Assembly (NCBI GenBank): GCA_049522055.1
Contig: JBEKOF010000001.1
Coordinates: 1 to 46,685 of the forward strand
Length of the DNA: 46,685 bases
Reading direction: 5' to 3'
Origin: Verrucomicrobiota bacterium
Lineage (GTDB): Bacteria; Verrucomicrobiota; Verrucomicrobiia; Limisphaerales; Palsa-1400
Shown piece by piece: positions 25,090 through 34,495 of this stretch (position 1 is the first letter of the stretch; each line of letters begins with the position of its first letter). A model generated the notes under the pieces. It was not told the origin of the DNA, did not search any database, and was given only the letters and a program-made list of their open reading frames with translations. Made by a program: the position numbers and the translations under genes.

Positions 25090-27689
25090 TGAAAACCCGT
25101 GAACTAGCCCGCGCTAAAATCGGCAGGATCCGCCCGCCGGCCTTCGAGCACATCAACCGGCAGATTCCGCCGGAATCGCACACGGCGATGTACGTCTGGC
25201 ACAAGTATTGGTCGCGCAAGACCTGGAACGTGGTCAGCGAACACATCCAGGCGTACACCAAACCGCATCAGGTTGTTTTCGATCCCTTTGCCGGCAGCGG
25301 CGTGGCCGCCATCGAGGCGGCGCGCCACAAACGCCGCGCCATCGTCTGCGACCTCAATCCGGCGGCCAGCCACATCACGGAACTGACGCTGCGGCGGGTG
25401 GACACGCTGAAACTCCTGGAAGCGTTCGAGCGCGTTCGTGAGCGCGCGCAGAAACGCGTGGCGGAGCTTTACACGATTCATTGCCTCAAGTGCGACCAGC
25501 CGCTGGCAGCAGATTGTTGCGTGCGCGAGGGCGATAACCTTGTGGAAGTGCGATACAAAAGCTGCCCGCATTGCGAGCATCGTTGCGAAAGCGGCTGCAA
25601 GCCCAAGCAGAAAGACCTCGACGCCCTGGCCGAACTGGAAGCCAAACGCATTAAGGAGTGGTATCCGAAGAACCAACTATATTACGACGACGGCACGCCC
25701 TTCATGAAGAAGGAGCATTTCGATTCACTCGACCAACTGTTCACGAAACGTAATTTACGCGCGGCGGCGATGATTTATGAAGCCATCGAACAGGAAAGCA
25801 GCCCGCAACTGCGGAAGTTTTTGGCCGGCGCGTTCACTTCGATGATTCACCTCTGCACGCGGATGTGCCCGGCCCTCGCGCCGGGCGAGGGCAATCACCA
25901 AACCGCCTTCAGTTCCACATGGACGCAACACAGTTATTGGTCGGCCCCGCGTTACCTTGAGTCAAACGCGTGGGAGAAATTTGAAAGCGCAGTGACAGGT
26001 CATCAGGGAATCATAAAGGCCAAGAACGAGACCAACGAATTGTTGGGCGGTGTGAAGGTCACGGACGACTGGCGGAAAGTATTGGAGGGCGAAGCCGACA
26101 TAGCGGTCGTCAATGATGATTGCGTGGAATTGATGAAAAAGATGCCCGACGAGTGTGTGGACTACATTTTCACCGACCCTCCTTACGATGCGTCCATCCA
26201 GTATGGCGAGCTTTCCTATCTTTGGAACGCCTGGCTCAAGAAAGATTATCTCTATGCCGACCGGATCACGGTGCATGAAATCGTGCGGAACGAGCGCCAA
26301 AAAAAGCCGTTCGACCTCTATTACGCGCTGCTGAACAACAGCGTGCAAGGCATGTACCGCGTCTTGCGCCCGGAGCGGGTTCTCACGCTGACCTTTCATA
26401 ACCCGACCTTCATGGTCCGCAATGCGACGGTGCGGGCCGGAGTGTTCGCCGGATTTGATTACGAACACATCCATCATCAGCCCCTGGCGCAGGTTTCAGC
26501 CAAGGCGATGATGCAGCCGTTCGGCAGCGCGCAGGGCGATTTCTACCTGCGTTTCGCCAAAACCGCGCGGCCGGCGCGTCCGATGGAAGAAATCAACGAA
26601 GATCGGTTTCGCCGCATCGTGATCGAGACTTGCCGGGAAGTCATCGCCCACCGCGCCGAGCCGACGCCTTACACGATTCTCCTCAACCAAGTGGACCCGG
26701 TGCTCGCCAGGCGCGGCCTGTTCGGCACGCTGCAAACGGGCCTAGACGTCAAGACGGTGCTGGAAGAAAGCATCGGCAAGGAATTCGAACTTGTGGAGGC
26801 AAGACTCGGTGGCGCGGCGGGCAAACTGTGGTGGTTTGCCGACAAAACTTTTGTCGCGCGGCTCGAAGCCGTTCCGCTGTCGGAGCGCGTCGAAGAAACG
26901 GTCTTTCGTTGCCTGCATGAGAAAGGCCGCGTCACGTTTACGGAGGTCTGGGACACGGTCGCGCGGGAGTTTCCGAACTCGCTGACTTCCGACAGCACGA
27001 GCATCAAGGAGGCCCTGGAGATCTTTGGCTGCAAGGCCGGCGCCGGCGCGTGGATGCTCAAAGAAGAAATCCGATTGAGCTTGTCGCGCCACAGCGAACT
27101 GATCGCCCTGCTGGCGAAAATCGGCGAAGGGCGCGGACATTCCATCTGGATCGGCCAGCGTGAACAACGCGAGACGGCGACCGGGGTGGTTGAGCGGGTG
27201 CAACTGCGCGATCTGGTCACCCAAAAGCCCGCGTCGTTAAAAGGAGTGAAAGAACTCGGCACGGTGCTCAACATGGATTTGCTTTGGCTTGATGGCGACG
27301 AGGTTGTCCGCGCGTTTGAAGTGGAATGCACCACCAGCATGACCAGCGGCCTGCAACGCGGTTCCAATCTTCCCCGGAATGTTCCCAAGACCATGGTCAT
27401 CCCCGATGAACGGGAAGAGGATTTTGCGCGGAAGATGAAATCTCCGTTGTTCAGCGAGCACTTCGAGAAAGACCAGTGGACACTGGCTTATTTCAACACG
27501 CTGCGCGAAGCGTTCACCAAAAGCAAAGGCAAAACCGCGCTGGAGTCGCTGTTCGGAGTGAAAAAGAGCGCCGGCAGCCGCACGCGCGAGGACCATGGAC
27601 CTGAAAACCAGGTGTTGTTTGATCTTCCAGAATCCGGCCGCAAAAGCCTTTCCCCGGGCATCGTGATGAAGGATGACGCGGCCGACTGA
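25089..27689 (+). CDS. Zn-ribbon-containing N6/N4 amino-DNA methyltransferase fused to a C-terminal nuclease-like (PD-(D/E)xK-like, Lys-less) module
   Basis: AdoMet motif I FDPFAGSG at 25278-25301. Cys pairs C132/C135 and C159/C162 at 25482-25574. Catalytic motif IV DPPY at 26175-26186 (FTDPPYDAS). C-terminal MDLLWLDGDEVVRAFEVECTTS at about 27273-27335. The start overlaps the radC stop (TGATG). Confidence 0.8.
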   Translation: MKTRELARAKIGRIRPPAFEHINRQIPPESHTAMYVWHKYWSRKTWNVVSEHIQAYTKPHQVVFDPFAGSGVAAIEAARHKRRAIVCDLNPAASHITELTLRRVDTLKLLEAFERVRERAQKRVAELYTIHCLKCDQPLAADCCVREGDNLVEVRYKSCPHCEHRCESGCKPKQKDLDALAELEAKRIKEWYPKNQLYYDDGTPFMKKEHFDSLDQLFTKRNLRAAAMIYEAIEQESSPQLRKFLAGAFTSMIHLCTRMCPALAPGEGNHQTAFSSTWTQHSYWSAPRYLESNAWEKFESAVTGHQGIIKAKNETNELLGGVKVTDDWRKVLEGEADIAVVNDDCVELMKKMPDECVDYIFTDPPYDASIQYGELSYLWNAWLKKDYLYADRITVHEIVRNERQKKPFDLYYALLNNSVQGMYRVLRPERVLTLTFHNPTFMVRNATVRAGVFAGFDYEHIHHQPLAQVSAKAMMQPFGSAQGDFYLRFAKTARPARPMEEINEDRFRRIVIETCREVIAHRAEPTPYTILLNQVDPVLARRGLFGTLQTGLDVKTVLEESIGKEFELVEARLGGAAGKLWWFADKTFVARLEAVPLSERVEETVFRCLHEKGRVTFTEVWDTVAREFPNSLTSDSTSIKEALEIFGCKAGAGAWMLKEEIRLSLSRHSELIALLAKIGEGRGHSIWIGQREQRETATGVVERVQLRDLVTQKPASLKGVKELGTVLNMDLLWLDGDEVVRAFEVECTTSMTSGLQRGSNLPRNVPKTMVIPDEREEDFARKMKSPLFSEHFEKDQWTLAYFNTLREAFTKSKGKTALESLFGVKKSAGSRTREDHGPENQVLFDLPESGRKSLSPGIVMKDDAAD

Positions 27690-27705
27690 CCCTCTGCCCG
27701 GACAC

Positions 27706-30700
27706 TTATTGGACGAGGACGCGGTAAAAGCGGGCGGGGGGAGCCGGGAGGTTGGTGTCCTGGATTTGCATGGTTTGGCCGGTGCCCGGGAGGTTGGTGG
27801 AGAGGACGGTCCAGTTGGTGGAGAACAGGGAGGTGGAGGTCTCCAAGGCATAGGTTTTGCCGGGCACGGAGGGCCATTGGATGGTGAAATTGGCGACCGG
27901 GAATAATTGCAGGACGGAGGCGGGGTCCTGGGGATTGGTGCCGGCGACGTATTCCTGCCAGTTGGAGGCGCCATCGCCATCGGGGTCGAGGTTGGCGGCG
28001 GAAAGAAGATTGGAAACGGTGCCGAAATAGAGCAACCGCCACCAATCGGGAATGCCGTCGTTCCAGCTTGAGAGGGAGCGGTCGCTGCCGATGGTAATGA
28101 GGCCGTCCTGGATGGCGGGTTGGAAGAGGGCGAGGCCGTTGGGAGAGGCTGAGAAATGCTCGAAATGGACCAGGTAGGAGGAATTGGAGGTGAGGTTCGG
28201 AGGCAGGGTGACGGTGACGGTGCCGAGGAGGTTTGTTCCGCTGACGCCGGAGACGGTGGAATCAAGCCAGGTGGCGGCGAAGTTTTCCACGCCTTGCGAA
28301 TCGGTGATGGTGGGCGCACCCAGAGCGGCGGCGGGGGAGAGTGTGACGGTGTTGGTCAGGGCGGGTGAGCCGTCGAGCGGGAGGACGTCCACATTGAGCG
28401 CCAGGACGCGGATGGGATAAATGGGGTCGGCGGCCAGAACACGAATGGGGACTTGGACGGTCTGGCCGGCGGGTGCCTGAACACGGTCGGCGGCGACGGT
28501 AATCTGGCGGACGTAAGCGGTTGCGGAATTTGCGTTGGTGACGGCGCTGGCACTGATGAGGCTGGTGAGGACGGTTGGATTGGTATTCGGGACGGGTTGG
28601 GCATATTGGATGCCGTTGGTCCAGAAGCGCTCGTACCATGTCAGCGCAGGATCCAGGGAGCGGCGGTAGGTGACATAGATATCGTCCACATTGAGGGAAT
28701 TATCGCCGAAGGGGATGTTGTTGATATTGGTGTCGTTGCCATTGAAATAATTATTGTACTTCCCGTTGGAGGAATCCATGGCGTTAAAGTAATCGCTGTG
28801 AGGAGGAGGCGGGTTTTGTGCCGGAGGCCCGGTGACACCATTGTAAACGACCGCGCGGAAGACCTCCACGACATCATCGTTGAGGAGAGAGGCGTCGCCA
28901 AAATCACCGGCGTTGAACCATTTGAAAGGGAAAACATCGCCTACCAGGTAGGGAGTGACGCCCAGGTTGACCGTTTTGATGGCGTTGAGGGTGCCCGGTC
29001 CCAGATTGGTGGCATTGGTATTAGCCGGGGCCTGGATCACCACAGCCGCGGTGGGGTATCCAGCTCCGCTCTCGACTGCGGCGGAAGGCCGTGAAATTTG
29101 GATTTGGTATTGGTCATTCATGGCGGCCGATGCGGGAATCATGAACGAATAACCCCCAACAACCACCTGGCCGGAGGAACTGACAAAGACCGTTTCGTGG
29201 TCTTGAGAATAGGTGACCAAGTCCTGCCCGGTGGTGGTGTTGAACAGATTGGTTTCCGGAGCCACTTCCAGCCAGCCAACGGCAAGCAGATTCTCGTTGG
29301 TGTCGGCCAGGAGGAGGGATTGCTCGACGCCGTTGGTGAAGTAGGCCGGGGGAATAGTGATATAGACGGTCTGGCCGTCCAAGCTCTCCTTTTGCTTGAG
29401 CATGGAATCGAAAGAGTAGGTTGGCGGGACCGCTGGAGCGGATCCCAAGTTGGTGACGGTGACGTTGAACTGGAGGGAATACATCAACGCCCCGGGAACG
29501 AGGGTCAGAGTGATGGGGGCGAAGAATTGATGACCCGCCGAGCCGACAAACTGGCTGGAGGCCTCGCCATCGGGAAAGCCAAAACTGATCTGGTTTGGGA
29601 CATAATTGCTGGCGTTAAAGACCTCCACGGCGAGGGCGCTGGGAGAGAAATCCTGCCGGAACGCCTGGACGGTGAGTGTGACATTGCTGGTGGAAGGAAA
29701 GGAAATAGTCGCTCCGGTGCCTCCCGCCGCGATGGTGTTGGCGCCTCCAATGACCGGCGAAGAACCATCCAAGGTATAATACATTTGAGCGCCGATGGTG
29801 GCATCAGTCAATTGGACTGAAGCGGAGTTGTTGCCTATAATGGTGGGACTGGCGGTGATGAAAAGGAAACGCGCGCTGACGACAGCGCTGGGAGGGCGGC
29901 CCGGGGCTTCACTGATGACATTGAGCGTCACATCGGGGTAGGAGTTGTTCACCAACAAGGAGGGGCCGAGATCCTCGGCTGACAATCCGTCGCCGGCGTA
30001 AACTTGGAAGCTGGGCCAGCCGGGACCCGGGAGCGGAATGGTGTTGTCATAGGGATTGAGCGGAGTCGGACCGATGGTGACATAGTTAATGACGCCCGTC
30101 TCGCCTTCGATGGCGATGATATTGGTGTTATTGTCGAAGACCTGGTATGAGGCCTGGTTGAATTGCGACACCAGTTGTCCGTCGCCAGTGGGGGAGGGAA
30201 CAAAGGTGACGTAGCCGATCACCGGGTTGGAAATTGGCGGCAGGGCCGGGCCGGTTTCCAATCGGCGCAACGCATTGTTCCCCCGGTCCACCACATAGTA
30301 GCCATTGTCCAGGACATCCACGGCGAGGCCAATGGGATTGTCGAGCCGGGCAACGGCCAGGGTGCCGTCCACGTATCCCGCCACGCCGGGAATGCCTGCG
30401 ATGGTCTGCACGGAAAAGCCGTTGGGGCTGATGGAGTTTGGATAGAGGCGGCGGAGGGTCTCGTTGGCGGTGTCGCTAATGAGCAATCCCGCGCCGTTGG
30501 GGTCCCAAAGCAAGCCGCAGGGCTGGTCGAAGAGAGCCAGAGCGGCCTGAGACGAATCGTTGGTGCCGGGTTGACGCCGGGAGCCGGCCACCACGGTGAC
30601 GGAGAGGTTGGTGATGAAGCTGATGTTGCTGATGACGCAAATGGTGTTGTTTCGGGTGTCGGCCACCCAGAGGTTGTTGCTGTTGTCCACCACCACCGCT

Positions 30701-31293
30701 TGCGGGCTGTAAAATGAATAGTTGGTCACCTGCACGGTGGAGACATTGTTGTTGGTGTCGAGCCGGCGGATGGCGTTGTTGCCGGTGTCGGCGACGTAAA
30801 GGTTTCCCGCGCCGTCGGAGGCAATGCCCACCGGATAGCTGAACTGGGCGTTGGTGGCGAAACCATTGGAAAGACCGGCGATCCCCGGAGTGCCCGCCAG
30901 AAAGGACACCTGGGACCCCTGGGCGCTGTTGGTGACGAAGCGCAGCACCTGGTTGCCTTGATCCACCACCACCAAGCCATTGCGGTAGGTGTCAAAGACA
31001 ATTCCCAACGGCTGGGAAAAAAGCGCGGTCGAACCCAGCCCGTTGCTGTATCCGGCGTAGCTGGGACCTGAGACCCCTGCGAAGGGGATGACGGCATTGG
31101 TGCTGGGGATGAATTGGAGGATGCGGTTGTTGGAGGCATCGGTGAAATAAATAATGTTGTTGGGGTCCGCGGTGATGGAGTTGGGTTCCAGCAAGTTGGT
31201 GGCAGTGACGGTGGAGACCTGCTGGGCCTGAGCGCTTGCGGCAAAGAGGAACGCGACCAACGCTCCCAAGATGGAATGGTGTTTGGTTGTCAT
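27706..31293 (-). CDS. giant secreted NHL-repeat / cohesin-like / dockerin-like protein (paralog 2, 1195 aa)
   Basis: Signal peptide MTTKHHSILGALVAFLFAASAQAQ. Six NHL blades (YFTDASNNRILQF, VVVDQGNQVLRF, YVADTGNNAIRRL, WVADTRNNTICV, LISDTANETLRRL, YVVDRGNNALRRL). MYYTLDGSSP (chitobiase-C/FN3-associated type). Two cohesin-like beta modules, a dockerin-like DASLLNDDVVEVF..NVDDIYV segment, and a C-terminal DPDGDGASNWQEYVAGTNP plus terminal beta-sandwich. Confidence 0.8.
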   Translation of the reverse strand: MTTKHHSILGALVAFLFAASAQAQQVSTVTATNLLEPNSITADPNNIIYFTDASNNRILQFIPSTNAVIPFAGVSGPSYAGYSNGLGSTALFSQPLGIVFDTYRNGLVVVDQGNQVLRFVTNSAQGSQVSFLAGTPGIAGLSNGFATNAQFSYPVGIASDGAGNLYVADTGNNAIRRLDTNNNVSTVQVTNYSFYSPQAVVVDNSNNLWVADTRNNTICVISNISFITNLSVTVVAGSRRQPGTNDSSQAALALFDQPCGLLWDPNGAGLLISDTANETLRRLYPNSISPNGFSVQTIAGIPGVAGYVDGTLAVARLDNPIGLAVDVLDNGYYVVDRGNNALRRLETGPALPPISNPVIGYVTFVPSPTGDGQLVSQFNQASYQVFDNNTNIIAIEGETGVINYVTIGPTPLNPYDNTIPLPGPGWPSFQVYAGDGLSAEDLGPSLLVNNSYPDVTLNVISEAPGRPPSAVVSARFLFITASPTIIGNNSASVQLTDATIGAQMYYTLDGSSPVIGGANTIAAGGTGATISFPSTSNVTLTVQAFRQDFSPSALAVEVFNASNYVPNQISFGFPDGEASSQFVGSAGHQFFAPITLTLVPGALMYSLQFNVTVTNLGSAPAVPPTYSFDSMLKQKESLDGQTVYITIPPAYFTNGVEQSLLLADTNENLLAVGWLEVAPETNLFNTTTGQDLVTYSQDHETVFVSSSGQVVVGGYSFMIPASAAMNDQYQIQISRPSAAVESGAGYPTAAVVIQAPANTNATNLGPGTLNAIKTVNLGVTPYLVGDVFPFKWFNAGDFGDASLLNDDVVEVFRAVVYNGVTGPPAQNPPPPHSDYFNAMDSSNGKYNNYFNGNDTNINNIPFGDNSLNVDDIYVTYRRSLDPALTWYERFWTNGIQYAQPVPNTNPTVLTSLISASAVTNANSATAYVRQITVAADRVQAPAGQTVQVPIRVLAADPIYPIRVLALNVDVLPLDGSPALTNTVTLSPAAALGAPTITDSQGVENFAATWLDSTVSGVSGTNLLGTVTVTLPPNLTSNSSYLVHFEHFSASPNGLALFQPAIQDGLITIGSDRSLSSWNDGIPDWWRLLYFGTVSNLLSAANLDPDGDGASNWQEYVAGTNPQDPASVLQLFPVANFTIQWPSVPGKTYALETSTSLFSTNWTVLSTNLPGTGQTMQIQDTNLPAPPARFYRVLVQ

Positions 31294-34200
31294 GGCTGGA
31301 GAATTTGGATGCGATAGAAACGCACGCTGTCAAAGTGGTTGGTGAGGGATAACTGCAAGGAGTTGCCATCACCGAGATTGGTGCTGATGGGGGTCCAGTT
31401 GGTTTGGCCAAGGGCTGGGGTGGTTTCCAGGACGTAGTATTTGCCCGGGGCCGTCAGCCAGCTGAGATTGATTGTTTGCGGGGCGCCGGGGGCGAGGGCG
31501 GCGCCGCTGAATTGGAATTGCGAAGCGGCGTTGGTCGGATTGGTTCCGGCCAGGTATGCCTCCCAATTGGGAACGCCATCGCCAGCAGGGTCGGCGTCAT
31601 CGGCGGCCATTGCGTTGGTGATGCTGCCGAAATAGTAAACTTTCCATTCGTCGGAGGTGATTTGGGGCGGGGCCAGGGCGGCAGAGGCGACCCAGGCCGA
31701 GCCCGGCACGCTTTCCAACTGGTACTGGGTGTTCAAGTCGGGCGCGCCATCCACGCCGGTAAAGTGCAAGGTGTAGGACTGCCCCTTGCCGGCGGCGGGC
31801 GGGACTTGGAAGGTGATCGAACCGAGGAAATTGCTCGCCTGAAGCGGCGGGGAGAAGGGGTCAAAGAGCGACCAGGCGCAAACGATTTCGTTGGGCGCCA
31901 GGCCCTGGTACTGGGCGGGAGGAGGGATGCCCGCGGCGGGAGAGAATTGGAGAGGAGCAGCCAGGGGCGCGCCCGCGGCAGGCCAGAGCAGGGCGCGGAA
32001 TTGCAAACCGGCGAGGCTGTATCCGGGCAGGACATTGACATAAAGGGGGATGGAGGCGGTGTTGCCTGGGAGAAGGTTGGCGACCGTCCCCGCGCTCAGG
32101 GCCGCCTGCCTGAACCAGACGCCGGCCGGAAGGGAACTGGCACTGGCGCCGTCTTTTGACACGGCCTTGGCCGGAGAAGGTGGGTCCGGGGGTGTGCCGA
32201 TGGGGATGGGGGGACCGCCGGGAGACCAGGCGACTTGCTGGTGGGAGAGCACTCCGCCCGGGGTCCAGAACCGGACCCAGTTGTTGGTTTCCAAACCGAG
32301 GGAGCGAAAGAGAATATGCTGCCAATCGAGGAAGGTGATGAAGCCGTCGCCAATTTCACCGGAGGCGGTTTCAGGATAGACGTCCATGGCGCTGTAAGCG
32401 TCGCTGAAGGGGAATGGCACACGGATGCCGACTGAAGCCATGAGGGCGTTGTTGACATCGCTGTTGTCGAGGAGGCCAGCGCCAAATTGGCCGGAGGCAT
32501 ACCCGGTGGAAGGGGAGGAATCGCCCGCAAAGTACTGGACGTTGGAAACGGTCAAGGTCTGGTTGGTCATGGGAAGCAGCGTCACTTCATCCTGGGCGCC
32601 ATCGGAAGTGCCGGAGGGGTAAAGAATGCTGAGTTGATAGGATTGTCCAGGCAGGGCGGCAGGCGGAACAGGCACCTCCAAGAGCAGCGCCGCGGCAAAA
32701 TTTTGGACATAGAGTCCTGTATTGCCGCCCGCCGCGGAGACGACCAATCCCTGGCCGTTGGGGAGGAGGGTGTTGGTGTAGGCAAAGGTTTGGTAGGCGA
32801 CCGGCACATTTCCGGCCGCGGGGCCGACGAGGTTGAGGAAGTCGTTGGTGGAAATGGGCAAGAGGGTGAGGGAGGGGATGGTGTTGGTGTTGGGGGCAAT
32901 GGGGTTGACTTCGACGCGGAATTGGAGGGATTGCAAGATCTGGCCGGGCAGCAAGTTGATCACCAGGGGAATGAACGCCGTGGAGCCGACCCCGGCCAGG
33001 GCGCCGGCGGGGAAGCCGATTTGGTTGAAGGGACTGGTTTGACCGTTGGTAACCGCGCTGGTCTGTGTGGCGGTGGCGGCGATGATTTGGAGGAAACTCA
33101 GATCGTGCTGGGAATTGCACCACTGGAAGGACCCGACGTAGGCGTCATCCGGGACACTGAAGGTCATGTTGGTCACCTTCAGGCTGTTGGTGGTGGGGGC
33201 GGTGCCGTCAAGGGTGTAGAAAACGGAAGGGACGGAACTGGTGACGGCGATGGTCTGGCACTCTGGATAGTATCCGAAATTTGGCCCGAAGAGGGGCGGG
33301 GGCAGGACGACCACATTGGTGTTTGTGCCCACGATTATTAAGTTGGTGCCGGTCTGCGGCGCCAGCCCGACTCCCTGCACTTCGCGCAACAGGTCGTAGT
33401 AAAGTTCGGTGACGTAGATATTGCCGCCGGGAGCAATGACGACGCTGGCGGGCGCGCGGCCCGTGGCATTGGTGCTACTGGGACCGGCGGGGCCGTCAAC
33501 CCAGCCGGAATAAACCTCGGTCTTGCAGTCTGTCGCGGGCCAGTGCTTGGAGTTGACGCCGTAAATGGTGCTGACGGTTCCGCTGGCATCAATCCGGCGC
33601 AGGGCGTTATTGCCGCGATCGGCCACCACCAACTGGCCGTCCGCCGACCACGCCAAGCCGGCCGGGTGGTTGAAGGCGGCGAAGCGGGGATTGCCGTCAA
33701 TCCAATTGGTGGCGCCTTCGACGGGGACGAACGGGGCCGGAACGGAATTGGAGACGGCAGCTACCTCGTAAATGATATTGCTTTTCACGTCGCTGACGGC
33801 CAGCACACCGTCGTTTTTCCAAGCGATGCCGGCGGGGAGCCACTTAAAACCGTTGGCGGGGACAATGGTGTTGGAACCTGTGATGCCGGTCCCGTTTTGG
33901 GTCAACTCGAGGACCAGACCGTTGGTGAAGGCGATGAAGATATTGGTGTTGGCGTCCTGGGAAATGGCCAAGGCGCTGGGCGGGGAAGACAGGGGAAATG
34001 CGAACAACGGGTTAAAGGAATTGTTGTATTTAATCAGCTCATTGTCGCCCTGAATGAGAAGATAAAGGCTGTCCCCCGCATCCACCGCCAAAGCGATGAT
34101 CTGGCTTTTCGACAAGGGCAGGGAGTTGGTCAGAATGGTGGAGGTCTGGCTGCTGGAGGTGTTTCCGACCAGCGTGACCATGCGGACGGAGTTGTTGGTC

Positions 34201-34481
34201 CTGTCGGCGATGAAGAGAGTGCCCTGGGAATTGAGAGCGATGGAAACGGGGCCGTCGAATTGGGAATCAATGAAGGTATTCCCATTGACATTTCCGGAGG
34301 AGGAGCCGCAGACGGTCAAGGGGCCGCCGCCGATGGTGGTGACGGTAACATTGGTTTCCACGTAGTTGACTTGAGCGCGCAGGCCGGGGCAGAAGGCAAA
34401 AAGGCCAAGGGCGGCGAGCAGGCCCGCCGGGCCGGAGAGCAACCTCTTGATCCAGGCGCAGTTGATTGAAACCAGGTGCAT
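31290..34481 (-). CDS. giant secreted NHL-repeat / cohesin-like / dockerin-like protein (paralog 1, 1063 aa)
   Basis: Start taken at ATG 34481 (MHLVSINCAWIKRLLSGPAGLLAALGLFAFCPGLRAQ, a signal peptide). Six NHL-like blades (FIADRTNNSVRMV..VVADRGNNALRRI..), VFYTLDGTAPT, cohesin-like modules, LDNSDVNNAL..GDGFITFLDW, and a C-terminal DADPAGDGVPNWEAYLAGTNP module. Its TGA overlaps the ATG of paralog 2 (ATGA at 31290-31293). Confidence 0.8.
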   Translation of the reverse strand: MHLVSINCAWIKRLLSGPAGLLAALGLFAFCPGLRAQVNYVETNVTVTTIGGGPLTVCGSSSGNVNGNTFIDSQFDGPVSIALNSQGTLFIADRTNNSVRMVTLVGNTSSSQTSTILTNSLPLSKSQIIALAVDAGDSLYLLIQGDNELIKYNNSFNPLFAFPLSSPPSALAISQDANTNIFIAFTNGLVLELTQNGTGITGSNTIVPANGFKWLPAGIAWKNDGVLAVSDVKSNIIYEVAAVSNSVPAPFVPVEGATNWIDGNPRFAAFNHPAGLAWSADGQLVVADRGNNALRRIDASGTVSTIYGVNSKHWPATDCKTEVYSGWVDGPAGPSSTNATGRAPASVVIAPGGNIYVTELYYDLLREVQGVGLAPQTGTNLIIVGTNTNVVVLPPPLFGPNFGYYPECQTIAVTSSVPSVFYTLDGTAPTTNSLKVTNMTFSVPDDAYVGSFQWCNSQHDLSFLQIIAATATQTSAVTNGQTSPFNQIGFPAGALAGVGSTAFIPLVINLLPGQILQSLQFRVEVNPIAPNTNTIPSLTLLPISTNDFLNLVGPAAGNVPVAYQTFAYTNTLLPNGQGLVVSAAGGNTGLYVQNFAAALLLEVPVPPAALPGQSYQLSILYPSGTSDGAQDEVTLLPMTNQTLTVSNVQYFAGDSSPSTGYASGQFGAGLLDNSDVNNALMASVGIRVPFPFSDAYSAMDVYPETASGEIGDGFITFLDWQHILFRSLGLETNNWVRFWTPGGVLSHQQVAWSPGGPPIPIGTPPDPPSPAKAVSKDGASASSLPAGVWFRQAALSAGTVANLLPGNTASIPLYVNVLPGYSLAGLQFRALLWPAAGAPLAAPLQFSPAAGIPPPAQYQGLAPNEIVCAWSLFDPFSPPLQASNFLGSITFQVPPAAGKGQSYTLHFTGVDGAPDLNTQYQLESVPGSAWVASAALAPPQITSDEWKVYYFGSITNAMAADDADPAGDGVPNWEAYLAGTNPTNAASQFQFSGAALAPGAPQTINLSWLTAPGKYYVLETTPALGQTNWTPISTNLGDGNSLQLSLTNHFDSVRFYRIQILQP

Positions 34482-34495
34482 AGGTTTTAGGTGGT

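Noticed and set aside
25089-27689. A remnant of the RadC JAB/MPN domain hidden in another frame of, or after, the methyltransferase gene
   Set aside because: No alternative-frame ORF in the track shows the JAB signature (H.H..G....S..D). Only 16 nt separate the methyltransferase stop from the convergent gene end at 27706.
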